Of a stretch of DNA of 64,000 nucleotides, positions 1 to 11,399 are shown piece after piece. The stretch covers positions 62,001-126,000 of the forward strand of contig VJWM01000226.1 of the NCBI GenBank assembly GCA_010909165.1, read 5' to 3'. The notes beneath the pieces were generated by a model. That model made no database searches and was not told where the DNA came from. It worked only from the letters and a program-made list of their open reading frames with translations. How positions within the stretch are numbered: the first letter of the stretch is position 1; each line of letters opens with the position of its first letter. The translations under genes and the position numbers were made by a program. The DNA is from Anthoceros angustus. Lineage: Eukaryota > Plantae > Anthocerotophyta.

Positions 1-2218
1 GGAGGCCGGGATCAAGGGCTTTTGGTGGCAGTACCGGAACATTTTTGAGCTGGTGAAGGAGCTCGGGATTGTAAGGATTGTCCATGCCTTGATTCTGGTG
101 TAGCATTGATGGGTGGCGGGTGCGCGGCTGACTGGGGTGGAGGGTGTCGGTGTCGGTGTCGCACAGCCTTGGCCTTTCACGCTTTGGACCAGGAGCACCT
201 TCTACTCTCCGGTCGGGATCCAGGTGGAGGCTCCCGTGTTCAGCTCTTTGCCGCGGCTGCCTACCCCGCTCGGCTCCTTCGTCTACACCTCGCCTTACTT
301 CCGGTAATGCATGCAAATTTTGGTGGGCGGTTTGTATCCTGTGTGTGGAGAGTTGACGAATTGCTGCCCATGTTCGAGCAGGTCGCTTCCTGTTGCGGAC
401 CGCTTGACAGCACTTCCTTTGCTACGTGCTCTTATTGAGTTTGATACGGTATGTGTGTGTGTGTGTGTTAGGCTATGTCCTGCTTTTTGCATGTTCGTCT
501 GAGGAAGTGGCGTTGAATGTGTTTGGCTATGTGGTCTCTTGATACACATTCGATTGAGCAAATGGTGTTGAATATAGGATGAGAACGAGGACTTCTCTTC
601 CTTGCAGGCGTGTTGCAAATGGTTATTGAGACCTTCCCCATAAGGTCGTGTTCAGGATGAGGAGGTTTACAGGAAGTATGATGAGATGACTGCGAGGGAG
701 CTCTTCCGGGAGGCAGGTGTTTCAGCCAGGCTGTATCGGGAGTTCCTGGAGCCCATCTTGCTGGTGACACTTTTTGCACCTGGAGAGCAGATTTCGGGTG
801 ATGCCCCTGACCCATGAGGCTAGGCTGCTGGCTGTTTGAAGGGATGGCAGTTTCTCAGGCACTTCTCTTCCTGGCATGCACGTGTGGCAGCTGCGGCAGC
901 CTTGGGAGCTCTCTACTACTACGTTTTAGCCCATCAAGCAGATTTCGATGTGTGTTGGTGCAAGGGCTCGGTTGCTGAGAAGATATTCAAGCCGTGGCTT
1001 GCGGAGTTTGCCAAATTGGGAGGCAAGCTTGTGCATGGCACGCTGGTGAAGTCCGTGGTGGTGGACAAGGAAGCAAACAAGGTGTCTGCAGTCTTGGCAG
1101 GTGAATCAGCCGTTGAAGCGGTCACGTCCATGGCTGCCTCCTGCCACCTCTTCCTTACGTGAGTAGCTGATGCAGCTCGGTTGTGTCTCACACCAGGGTC
1201 CAGGACTGGGACAGCAACGGTGTACGATGCTAATGTGGTGGTGTTTGCAGTCAGTGCAAGCAATGCAGGTACTCGAGGGCATTGCTTGAGAAGGTTCCTG
1301 GAGCAGTACTTCTGGAGGTGATGGGGAAGCTAAGGTGTTGCTTGCCTGCTGGTGCGTGTGTTTCCAGAGGATTGTGGAATCATCTCCGGGCCTGGCAGAG
1401 CGCAGCGAATTCAGCAGTGTCAAACCTCGGCACTGTGGATGTTCTTGCAACCCGGCTATGGCTGGACCGCGTAGTGCCATTGCCGAACCCCTCCAATGTT
1501 CTGGCTGGCTTCGAGCCCACAACCGGAGGAACTTTGTTCGACCTCAATGCTCTGCAGGTACATGTCACATGATTCCTCATCCCCTCACACAGCTGACATC
1601 ACCTCACCAAAGCCCCATGTACTACTCCCACTCTTTTCCAGAGCGATGAGTTTGGAGCAGAGCGGGGCAGTGTCATCGAGCTCGACTTCTACCATGCAAA
1701 CCAGCTCCTGCCCCTTTCAGACGAGGCCTTGATCACCAAGGTTGGAAGACCTGCCTACCCCATCTCCTCCTTGTCCATACAGCCTTCGTTCGGTTTCACG
1801 AGGATGCCTTCTTCTCTATTGCAGGTGAAGGGCACATACCTTGAACGCATCGACAGAAGGTACGCAGAAGCGCGAGTCTTGGACAGCAGCGTGCTGCGTT
1901 TCAAAACGCTGTAACGCTCTTCGGGGCCGGATCACACAAGCACATGCCGGCGAGCCGCAGCACACTATCCAACGTGTTCTTGGCTGGAGATTGGGTGCAG
2001 CAAGGGCCCGCGCCCACGGTGCCAGGGCCTCTCGCAGGAGAAGGCCTACGTCACCGGACTGCTGGCTGCCAAGGCGGCCGCCCTGAGCCTGGGAATGGAG
2101 TCTGCGGTCTCTGTCTTGGACGTTGAGCGGGATGAGGCCCACATTGCTGCGGCAAAGCTGACCGCCCAAGGATTGCAGCTGCTTGGGAGGAAGCTGGGAT
2201 TCCACGGCCCTTCCTTTG
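1..2218 (+). CDS. FAD-dependent amine oxidase / carotenoid desaturase-like oxidoreductase, multi-exon, copy 1 (5' end outside the window; several frameshifting indels)
   Basis: Spliced exons read EAGIKGFWWQYRNIFELVKELGI / PWPFTLWTRSTFYSPVGIQVEAPVFSSLPRLPTPLG / SLPVADRLTALPLLRALIEFDT / DEEVYRKYDEMTARELFREAGVSARLYREFLEPILLVTLFAPGEQ / AALGALYYYVLAHQADFDVCWCKGSVAEKIFKPW / ...NVFLAGDWV...SQEKAYVTG, separated by GT-AG introns. This resembles the cyanobacterial/plant Amino_oxidase family (recognised from memory, not searched). Confidence 0.8.
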
Positions 2219-4735
2219 ACATTTTCTCTGGATCTACCGTAACGAAGGAGAACCTTTAACAGATCGTCAGATAACTCTCCATACATCTTCTTAACAGGGC
2301 AATTACTAAGTTAGCTTTTTCCTCAATAAACTTTCATCTTTTATCTTATTTCACCAATATTATTACTCTCTCCGCCGCTGGGAAGATGTTATTTTCACCA
2401 ATACTATTACTCTCTCCCCACTGGGAAGATGTTATTATATAAATCAATGACCTCCGATGTAACCCGAGATCATCCATGATCCTTGTTGCACATCTTCATG
2501 TAAAACCAGAGATTTGCATAACCACGAAGTCTTACGGATACTCGGTACATTACATTACTGACAGCACTTCCTTTGCTACGTGCTCTTATTGAGTTTGATA
2601 CGGTATGTGTGTGTGTGTGTGTTAGGCTATGTCCTGCTTTTGCATGTTCGTCTGAGGAAGTGGCGTTGAATGTGTTTGGCTATGTGGTCTCTTGATACAC
2701 ATTCGATTGAGCAAATGGTGTTGAATATAGGATGAGAACGAGGACTTCTCTTCCTTGCAGGCGTGTTGCAAATGGTTATTGAGACCTTCCCCATAAGGTC
2801 GTGTTCAGGATGAGGAGGTTTACAGGAAGTATGATGAGATGACTGCGAGGGAGCTCTTCCGGGAGGCAGGTGTTTCAGCCAGGCTGTATCGGGAGTTCCT
2901 GGAGCCCATCTTGCTGGTGACACTTTTTGCACCTGGAGAGCAGATTTCGGGTGATGCCCTGACCCATGAGGCTAGGCTGCTGGCTGTTTGAAGGGATGGC
3001 AGTTTCTCAGGCACTTCTCTTCCTGGCATGCACGTGTGGCAGCTGCGGCAGCCTTGGGAGCTCTACTACTACGTTTTAGCCCATCAAGCAGATTTCGATG
3101 TGTGTTGGTGCAAGGGCTCGGTTGCTGAGAAGATATTCAAGCCGTGGCTTGCGGAGTTTGCCAAATTGGGAGGCAAGCTTGTGCATGGCACGCTGGTGAA
3201 GTCCGTGGTGGTGGACAAGGAAGCAAACAAGGTGTCTGCAGTCTTGGCAGGTGAATCAGCCGTTGAAGCGGTCACGTCCATGGCTGCCTCCTGCCACCTC
3301 TTCCTTACGTGAGTAGCTGATGCAGCTCGGTTGTGTCTCACACCAGGGTCCAGGACTGGGACAGCAACGGTGTACGATGCTAATGTGGTGGTGTTTGCAG
3401 TCGGAGTGCAAGCAATGCAGGTACTCGAGGGCATTGCTTGAGAAGGTTCCTGGAGCAGTACTTCTGGAGGTGATGGGGAAGCTAAGGTGTTGCTTGCCTG
3501 CTGGTGCGTGTGTTTCCAGAGGATTGTGGAATCATCTCCGGGCCTGGCAGAGCGCAGCGAATTCGCAGCAGTGTCAAACCTCGGCACTGTGGATGTTCTT
3601 GCAACCCGGCTATGGCTGGACCGCGTAGTGCCATTGCCGAACCCCTCCAATGTTCTGGCTGGCTTCGAGCCCACAACCGGAGGAACTTTGTTCGACCTCA
3701 ATGCTCTGCAGGTACATGTCACATGATTCCTCATCCCCCTCACACAGCTGACATCACCTCACCAAAGCCCCATGTACTACTCCCACTCTTTTCCAGAGCG
3801 ATGAGTTTGGAGCAGAGCGGGGCAGTGTCATCGAGCTCGACTTCTACCATGCAAACCAGCTCCTGCCCCTTTCAGACGAGGCCTTGATCACCAAGGTTGG
3901 AAGACCTGCCTACCCCATCTCCTCCTTGTCCATACAGCCTTCGTTCGGTTTCACGAGGATGCCTTCTTCTCTATTGCAGGTGAAGGGCACATACCTTGAA
4001 CGCATCGACAGAAGGTACGCAGAAGCGCGAGTCTTGGACAGCAGCGTGCTGCGTTTCAAAAACGCTGTAACGCTCTTCGGGGCCGGATCACACAAGCACA
4101 TGCCGGCGAGCCGCAGCACACTATCCAACGTGTTCTTGGCTGGAGATTGGGTGCAGCAAGGGCCCGGCGCCCACGGTGCCCGGGGCCTCTCGCAGGAGAA
4201 GGCCTACGTCACCGGACTGCTGGCTGCCAAGGCGGCCGCCCTGAGCCTGGGAATGGAGTCTGCGGTCTCTGTCTTGGACGTTGAGCGGGATGAGGCCCAC
4301 ATTGCTGCGGCAAAGCTGACCGCCCAAGGATTGCAGCTGCTTGGGAGGAAGCTGGGATTCCCACGGCCCTTCCTTTGACATTTTCTCTGGATCTACCGTA
4401 ACGAAGGAGAACCTTTAACAGATCGTCAGATAACTCTCCATACATCTTCTTAACAGGGCAATTACTAAGTTAGCTTTTTTCCTCAATAAACTTTCATCTT
4501 TTTATCTTATTTCACCAATATTATTACTCTCTCCGCCGCTGGGAAGATGTTATTTTCACCAATACTATTACTCTCTCCCCCACTGGGAAGATGTTATTAT
4601 CGTCAATGACCTCCAGTGTAACCCGAGATCATCCATGATCCTTGTTGCACATCTTCATGTAAAACCCAGACAGGATTTGCATAACCACGAAGTCTTACCA
4701 GATACTCTGGTACATTACCACGGACAGCAGGCACT
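405..4735. repeat. Direct tandem duplication of ~2.15 kb (405-2558 / 2559-~4735)
   Basis: tgacagcacttcctttgctacg occurs at 405 and 2559, and the two units run co-linearly through the 3' UTR. Confidence 0.95.
2559..4378 (+). CDS. Same oxidoreductase, copy 2: begins in mid-exon 3, reading frames cleaner than copy 1
   Basis: Near-identical to 405-2218. The last exon is open (ORF 3884..4378: GTYLERIDRRYAEARVLDSSVLRFKNAVTLF...NVFLAGDWVQQGPGAHGARGLSQEKAYVTGLLAA...RPFL*). It lacks the 5' exons. Confidence 0.8.
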
Positions 4736-7700
4736 TCTCTCTCTGCCAAGAATTCAATAATTTGTCACAAACCATTATTGTGTCGAACCAGGATAACATA
4801 ATCCTTCTTGTTCATATTCTCATTCTCTTTCGAAATCACAAATGGTTTCAGCAAAGATACATGAAACACAATATGAGAGAAGATCAATTCAGGCAGCTGT
4901 AGTTTGTAAGCCACATCTCCAATGCGCTTCAGAACTACGAAAGGTCCTCCATACTTAGGCCTAAACTTTGAGGTCAGCCCTTGTGGTAGTAGGAAATTCT
5001 TTTCATCCACACCTTGTCTCCTACTTGAAACTCTGCCTCTTGCCTGAACCTGTCAGCAAACTTCTTTTGCCTGTCTTGAGCCTTGGCCAATATCTTGTTA
5101 GCAACTTCATGCCTGGCCCTTAACTGCTCAATGGATTCACGTGGTTCTCTTGCTGCTGTCTCAAATACGCCAACATTCAACATGGAAACTACGTCCATTG
5201 CTTCGTTACCTGTCATCTGAAAAGGTGTGTAGCCTGTGGAACTATGTACAGTGTTATTATAACAAAATTCCGCAACCTCAAGATGATTACTCCAATCTCG
5301 CTGGTCCATCTGTACATAGTGTCGTAAGTATTCTTATTGGATTCTGTTCACCCTCTCTGTTGATCCATCTGTATTAGGGTGGTACGTTGTGCTCATATAT
5401 AATTGCACTCCTAAGCTCTTCATAAGCTATTGCTAAAACTCTGCAGTACATCTGGGATCTCTGTCACTCACAATCTGCATAGGCAGTCCATGTAACACAT
5501 ACACATGCTTCTTGAACAACTGAGCAATTTCAGAAGCTTTCACTCGCTTCTTTATAGGGATGAAGTTGCTTGCTTGCTGAATCTATCAACCACTGTCATG
5601 ATAGTTGTGTGTCCATTACTGGCTGGCAATGACATAATGAAATCCATTGATATACTTTTCCAAGGCCCACTTGGAATAGGCAAGTGTTGCAACAAACCTC
5701 GCGGATTTGTCTGCTCCACCTTATCTTGCTGGCAGTCTACACAAGACTTAACACACTCAACAGTATGCTTGTACATTCCAGGTCAGTAAAATAGCTTTCT
5801 CAACTTCTTATAAGTTGGGTCAATCCCTCTTTAACCTGCACTTGGCACATCATGACACGGCTCAGATGTACTAGCCCATGTCAATCCAAGCTTGCTGGCC
5901 TTGCTAGGAGAAATGAAGTTATGGGATGCTGCTAAGTCAAGCAACATCCTCGCTTCTGCTAGATATCCATTTAGATATCCATGTATGTACATGAGCTCTC
6001 CACCCGTCCTCCGAATAGTGCCGTCCTCAGCACTCTAAGACTCACCACATGCAGCCTTCGCAACATGTGGCCGATCCCGTCACTTGAGATCCTCGGATCC
6101 GGCCACTTCCGTAATTCTGAGTCTTCGGGGCTGTGGATCTCCTTCTGCTACGTTGAGAGTTTGTTCAGCATTCGAGCATTCATTTGCATAATGCGCGGCT
6201 CTCCACATGAGTAGCAGACTCTTTTTTGAGAACTCATTTTGACTGTTCTCTGAGCTCCGCGGCCTCTGCGCGCTCCTCGATTTCTTCCGCGGAAATTTCC
6301 TCTTGAATTGCCTCTTGCAATTCCATTTCCGCCAGTGTCCTTGGCAGCTCCTCTGCCGGCACTACTAGAGCTTCCTCTAGTCTGGGCATACCGACCATGG
6401 GTATTGCCTCGAAATCTTTTGGAGGAGTTGGATGTACTAGAATGAAATGTATCTAGAATGGCATCTGCTGCTGTAATGGCCTCTGCCAATGTAGTTGGAC
6501 TATGCAACTCAATTCTGTTAGCAGCCCAATCCTTCAAACCAGCCATGAAGCGATGCAGTTTGTCATCTTGACTCATGGTAGTGCAGTGCATAACAACTTC
6601 ACTGAAGGTATTTACATAATCTCGTACAGTACCTGTCTGCTTGATATTGTCAAGCTGTTGTCTACTTAGACGTGAAGTATTCGCAGGTTGGAACTGCTTC
6701 TTGAGGGCTTCTTTGAAAGATGTCCAGTCTGTGATGGTATGTGCTCGGTTACCCTGGGCAACATTAGCACAATAACTCCGCCACCATACCAAAGCATAGC
6801 CCTTTAAGAAATTGCCAACAGTACCTAAGTAGTACTCCGGCTCAAGACAATATGAGGCGAGATAAGTCTCAATAGAATAGATCCAAGAATCAATAACTTG
6901 CAGATCTCTTTCTCCCTCGTACTTATCTGGTAGAGCTAACTTCATGCTCGACTTTGGAGCCACTTTGAAGATGCCTACTGAATTTGCCGGAAAGATTTCT
7001 TCTTGTTCTTCCGCATCTTCGCCTTGTTGAGCTGTGGGCTCTGGATTCTTCTTCGTCTTCTTCCTTAAAGTCATCACGTCGTCCAAGACACCTGGAAGAA
7101 CTTGATAAAGTACTTCCACCATCTGTTTCTTCCAGTCCTCTGACTTCTCTCCAGATGGGCCTGCTGTGCTCTCAGGCGGCGCTCTCACTTCCTCTTGTTC
7201 TGACGATGATGAATCTTCAGGCGGTTGAGGCGGATGATCGGCGGGAGACTGCTGCTTCTTCAACCTCTCCTTACGCTTCTGATTGACCATCTTGTGTTCT
7301 CTCTAGTCACTCGGAGGAATGGACTACGCTCTGATACCTATAAAATAACACCCCTTATTGCGCAGCCACTAAGGAAGCGACAAGTGCTGGCTTCCTAGTG
7401 GTCTAGGACCTCGCCAATTCACTCCACAAGAGACTTGCACGATTCTCAACGCTCTCAACCTCACAACACAGCACTAGGCTCCACGTAGTCCACCGTCCAC
7501 TGATGACTCGCAGGCCACCTCCTCGAGGTGCTGCTCTTTATTGCAAGAAAACAACAACGGAATCTGGCTATCTACGCCCAACTGGCTACTGCCCTTGATT
7601 CCACGAGAAGCTCACTAGCTAGCTCTCCACAACTCTCTCAACACAAGGCTTGTAGCGCACACTTGTCTACTCTATCAAAGAGTGAGTCCCACTTGTTCTT

Positions 7701-7950
7701 CAAAGCCCTTGCTCTAGCCCTTATATATCCCGCAGCCTGACCTCAACTAGGCAGCTATTAAATTTAGGGATTCTTACAGACCACTGATCACTAAGAGTCC
7801 TCTCTAGGCAGCTCTTCATTTGTGGCTGTAGCAATTCCTTTCTAACATGGCATGCAACACATGCATCTTCTTAACCGGCAGCTACTAACTTGGCTTTTTA
7901 TCTCTTTCAACTTTTCACCTTTCTACTTTATTTCACCAGTGCCGTTAGTG
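4735..7950 (-). mobile_element. Ty3/gypsy LTR retrotransposon derivative: 5' LTR, PBS, gag, protease stub, integrase; RT/RNase H absent; 3' end truncated
   Basis: tRNA-Met PBS complement gctctgatacc at 7328-7338, gag ORF 6148..7290, degenerate protease LLDLAASHNFI at ~5900-5960, and integrase fragments ([68 protein letters not shown]). The outer LTR boundary (~7950) is approximate. Confidence 0.9.
6148..7290 (-). CDS. gag: Gypsy Gag polyprotein (380 aa, open)
   Basis: LPDKYEGERD..IDSWIYSIETYL, LKGYALVWW, TDWTSFKEALKKQF, IKQTGTVRDYVNTF, DKLHRFMAGLK, and a partial CCHC (CYSCGEP). Confidence 0.9.
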   Translation of the reverse strand: MVNQKRKERLKKQQSPADHPPQPPEDSSSSEQEEVRAPPESTAGPSGEKSEDWKKQMVEVLYQVLPGVLDDVMTLRKKTKKNPEPTAQQGEDAEEQEEIFPANSVGIFKVAPKSSMKLALPDKYEGERDLQVIDSWIYSIETYLASYCLEPEYYLGTVGNFLKGYALVWWRSYCANVAQGNRAHTITDWTSFKEALKKQFQPANTSRLSRQQLDNIKQTGTVRDYVNTFSEVVMHCTTMSQDDKLHRFMAGLKDWAANRIELHSPTTLAEAITAADAILDTFHSSTSNSSKRFRGNTHGRYAQTRGSSSSAGRGAAKDTGGNGIARGNSRGNFRGRNRGARRGRGAQRTVKMSSQKRVCYSCGEPRIMQMNARMLNKLST

Positions 7951-8168
7951 TACCGACCTGAGCTCCGAGGAGGTTTCTATTCTGCAGAGGTTGAACCATG
8001 GCGAGGACGAGGACGAGGTGACTAGCCATGTACATACATAATCCGTTCCGTTAAGTAGACTAATCCTAGAGGGCTCGTAAGCCATTCTCACAAGCGCGGC
8101 ACCCGCGGTCTAACAACCGTTGCCGGAGGCTCGAGCTTGCTGTTTGCCTGGTTACCCCACGTTGAGGG

Positions 8169-9548
8169 ATGCGCGTGAGCAAGCTATTCTTGTTCAGAAG
8201 GATGAGAAGCAAGCGGGAGAGAATCGGCAATGGCCGAATTCGAAGGAGGAGGCGGGAGATGGAGATAGGCCCTGGCGAAGGAGCGCTGTCAGGGCTGCCG
8301 GAGGACATTGTAATCAAGATCCAAGCTCGGCTGCCGCTTGTGAGCTTGGTGCGGTCGCGCGGGGTGTGCAGAGCATGGAAGGCGGCCGTGGATTCGCCGC
8401 GCTGCTTGTTGCAGGAGCGGCTGGAATGGAGAGCAGGAGCAGGAGCGCGGGAACATATGCTGCTGGTGGCAGGCTTTCGACTGGGCGAGTCGGAGGGTGC
8501 GTCCGGCCCTGCCATGGCCCTGCTCTCCTGCGCCTACGACCCTGCCTCAGACCGCTGGTACGAGCTCCAGCTCGGGCTGGGGCTCCGCTGGTACGAGCTC
8601 CAGCTGGGGCTCCGGCTCCCGCCCCCGCCAGGGCTGGGGCTGGCGCAGGAGGAGGAGGAGGAAACGTCGTTTGTGGAGCTGGCCCCGGCGTCCATGTCGG
8701 CGGGCGTGCTGCTGGCTAGGTGGTGCCCTGATCCGGGCAGGAGAGAAGGAGAGAAAGTGTTGTTGCACATCGGCAACCCTGTGGCGGGCTCCTGGGCCAG
8801 CCTGCCTGCGTTGCCGGATGGACTGGGCATGCGTCATGTGTGCGGCGTGCTGGTGGACGCCGTGGCGCGGCGCTTCAATGTGGTTGTGGTCGGGGACACG
8901 CATCTGCATCGGTTTCCTTTTCTCGTTCCCATGGTTATCGTGGGCACGCCCACGTTTGTGTTCGACTCGGCGCTCGGGATGTGGAATGTGACAAGCCGCG
9001 TCCTGCCCCCGGGCGATAAATTCCACGCGGAGGCCGGGGAGGGAGTGTTCGTCGGCACCGTGCTCTACTGCCTTACCGACTCCTGCAATCTGCTGGCCTA
9101 CGATCTAGAGGGGGCCAGCTGGAGCTTGTTGTTGGTGGACAAGAAGGCTGTCTCCCTCATCAACATCTATTACTCCCGCTTCCGGCTCTTCAGCGTGCGG
9201 GACCGGCTGCTTTGCGCGGCTTTCGACAGGGATGACCGTATGCGTGACCGTCTGCAGATCTGGGAGATGGATCTGGCGGCCACGGCCTGGAATGTGGTGG
9301 CCTCCATGCCTGCTCCCATGGGCATTGAGTTTCTTTCCCCCCCTTTCCTGTGTTCCGTTGTGTCTGGGCAGGAGGAAGTGTACATCATGCGGGAGAGGCT
9401 GGACAAGGTCAAGATTGTGGCTGTCGATTTTCGACACACGCCTCCTGCTTGGAGGTGGCTTCCCTCCTTGCCCTACAAGGGTTTTACAAGGAGGAGCCTG
9501 CACTGCTTCGATCCTTGGTTGCAGTTTGGCAGCTGGGAACAGGATTAG
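8169..9548 (+). CDS. Intronless F-box protein with a kelch-like/FBA beta-propeller C-terminus (459 aa)
   Basis: F-box motif LSGLPEDIVIKIQARLPLVSLVRSRGVCRAWKAAV. C-terminal motifs typical of plant F-box proteins: NPVAGSWASLPALP, VFDSALGMW, GVFVGTVLYCL, LLAYDLEGASWS, IWEMDLAATAWNVVASMP. Confidence 0.9.
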   Translation: MRVSKLFLFRRMRSKRERIGNGRIRRRRREMEIGPGEGALSGLPEDIVIKIQARLPLVSLVRSRGVCRAWKAAVDSPRCLLQERLEWRAGAGAREHMLLVAGFRLGESEGASGPAMALLSCAYDPASDRWYELQLGLGLRWYELQLGLRLPPPPGLGLAQEEEEETSFVELAPASMSAGVLLARWCPDPGRREGEKVLLHIGNPVAGSWASLPALPDGLGMRHVCGVLVDAVARRFNVVVVGDTHLHRFPFLVPMVIVGTPTFVFDSALGMWNVTSRVLPPGDKFHAEAGEGVFVGTVLYCLTDSCNLLAYDLEGASWSLLLVDKKAVSLINIYYSRFRLFSVRDRLLCAAFDRDDRMRDRLQIWEMDLAATAWNVVASMPAPMGIEFLSPPFLCSVVSGQEEVYIMRERLDKVKIVAVDFRHTPPAWRWLPSLPYKGFTRRSLHCFDPWLQFGSWEQD

Positions 9549-10865
9549 CTTGGTATGTACGTTAAGCTGGAAGGGCGTCACGTAGGGTAGGGTGTTTGAT
9601 ACAACATATGCTACGACGTGACAGGGTGGTGTGGACTGCCATGCTTGCAGGATATACATGCACAGCATGGAGATGGGAATGAAGCATTTCAGCTTCAAAA
9701 TTTCCAACAGATGCAAAATCAGGGCAAATGCGACCGGACAAGGTGACGTGGCTGAGCATCCTCAAAGCATGCTCCACCGTTGCGGCAGTGAAGCAGGATC
9801 GACAGCTTCATGGCACACATTGTGGAGACAAGCAGGTTGCAGGGGTGTGATCGGTTGGTCCAGACTTGTGTTGATTGCATCTGCCTACAACAATTGGGAC
9901 CGTGACATGAGGTGCATCGTGTGACTTTGCCAGGTTAGATACGATGTGAGGCATCTGAATGAAGAAATCATCCTGGACGACCTGGCACATGAGACCACAG
10001 CTGAATCGAACATCGTGCCTCAACTGCCACAGTGGTTAACTAGCGAGCTCAACCGCCCCAGTAATTAGCTAGCTATGTTACCGCCGAAGAGCAGGGTAGG
10101 TCATAGCGCGTCGCACTTGGCTAGCAGCGAAGAGAAGATTCCCTCTCTTCCCATACTCATTGGCAAGTCCCACCGGAAGCCTTTCTCTGGAAAGCACACC
10201 GACTGTGCAAGCCTATATCAAATAGCCTGGTGAAGCCAAGCTAGGAAGCTCGCCCATCTTGCTGCCTGTGTGTGTCACCTAGGCACCCACCCAACTTGCC
10301 CACCAGCAGCACTCACATGTCTCATCGTCCGCAAATTTCTGTATGCCGTTTAAACACCCCAGGTGCCCCGGAATTCTATCTCCGTCGGTTGTTGAGACCA
10401 TTTGCTCATTTCAAGTTTTCAACTCACAGCCCACACGGGTGCACATTCTCACATCGACACTCACAACTATGGATTTTGTGCTTCCAAGGCCTCCCGGCTT
10501 CGTGACGGCCCCAATATCAACCACTTTATTTCTGCTATATTGTGAACCGCCCACATTTTCTGGGCCTGGAGCCTGTCCATGCATTGAATCCGAGTGATTG
10601 GTTCGCAGGCAATCCATTTTGGAGCTCACCTAGGCTGCTAGGCAGGTAGCTACTAGGGCTCGAAAAGTTAAGCAACCTTTCGGTTGGAAGCTTAGGGTTT
10701 AGGCGCTTCCATAGACAAGTTGCCCTGGCATTTTGGGCGTGACGGAAGCCCGTATGCAAAACTGTGTTAGAGACCGTAAAAATGACCGTACGAGCTCCTT
10801 GCGATGTTGCAGGGCTAAACACATAGTTAGGGCGCACTGCGAAACACGCCAACCTCCAGGACGCT

Positions 10866-11075
10866 CCTTGGAACCAAGCTGCTTTTGCCAAGACAATCCA
10901 GCATAATCGTTCGAGCAGAGCAGCTTAGGCCAAGACACACCATGCTCGTTCGAGCAGAGCAGCTTAGGCCAAGACAGACTACACTCCTTCGAACAGAGCA
11001 GCTTAGGCCGAGACACACCACGCTCGTTTGAGCAGAGCTGCTCTGACCTAGACAAACCAGTACGCTCGTTCACAA
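10866..11075. repeat. Minisatellite of ~5 units, 39-42 bp period (core cgttcgagcagagcagcttaggccaagac)
   Basis: Unit starts at 10866, 10908, 10947, 10986, 11025 and 11067. Confidence 0.9.
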
Positions 11076-11201
11076 CCTGCTTGGGCCCAGATTAACAGGA
11101 AAAAACACACCATAGACACTTCGCGATCGACCATAATGATAGCTCCTGTTTCCTCACTACCAACATCCTTTTTGGGTTTTGTTTGGGTCCCCCAGGAGGG
11201 G

Positions 11202-11399
11202 TGGGGTGCGCCAGGCAATGGAAGTAGTGCAATACCAGAGCGACGCGCGTGGGGCCGAGGTAGCAAGCTACCTCATAAGGCTCCACCCCCTGAAAGAAAT
11301 AAGATTAATATCATGTGGGTCGATGACCCACGTATCAGATATTAAACTGATAAGAACAGATACTACACTTGATCTTAGCCAAAAGGCCGAGAAAGGTAT
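11202..11399 (-). ncRNA. U2: U2 spliceosomal snRNA
   Basis: The reverse complement begins ATACCTTTCTCGGCCTTTTGGCTAAGATCAAGTGTAGTATCTGTTCTTATCAGTTTAATATCTGATACGTGGG (plant U2 5' end with the GTAGTA branch-pairing motif). It ends with the TATTGCACTAC loop and ...CCTGGCGCACCCCA, about 198 nt in total. Confidence 0.97.

Noticed and set aside
1-4378. Horizontal transfer or bacterial contamination suggested by the cyanobacteria-like oxidoreductase
   Set aside because: The gene has multiple spliceosomal introns and plant neighbours; ordinary endosymbiotic origin explains it.
10866-11075. Repeat-spacer appearance suggesting CRISPR
   Set aside because: The variable parts are only ~10 bp and related to each other, the context is eukaryotic, and there are no cas genes; it is a minisatellite.
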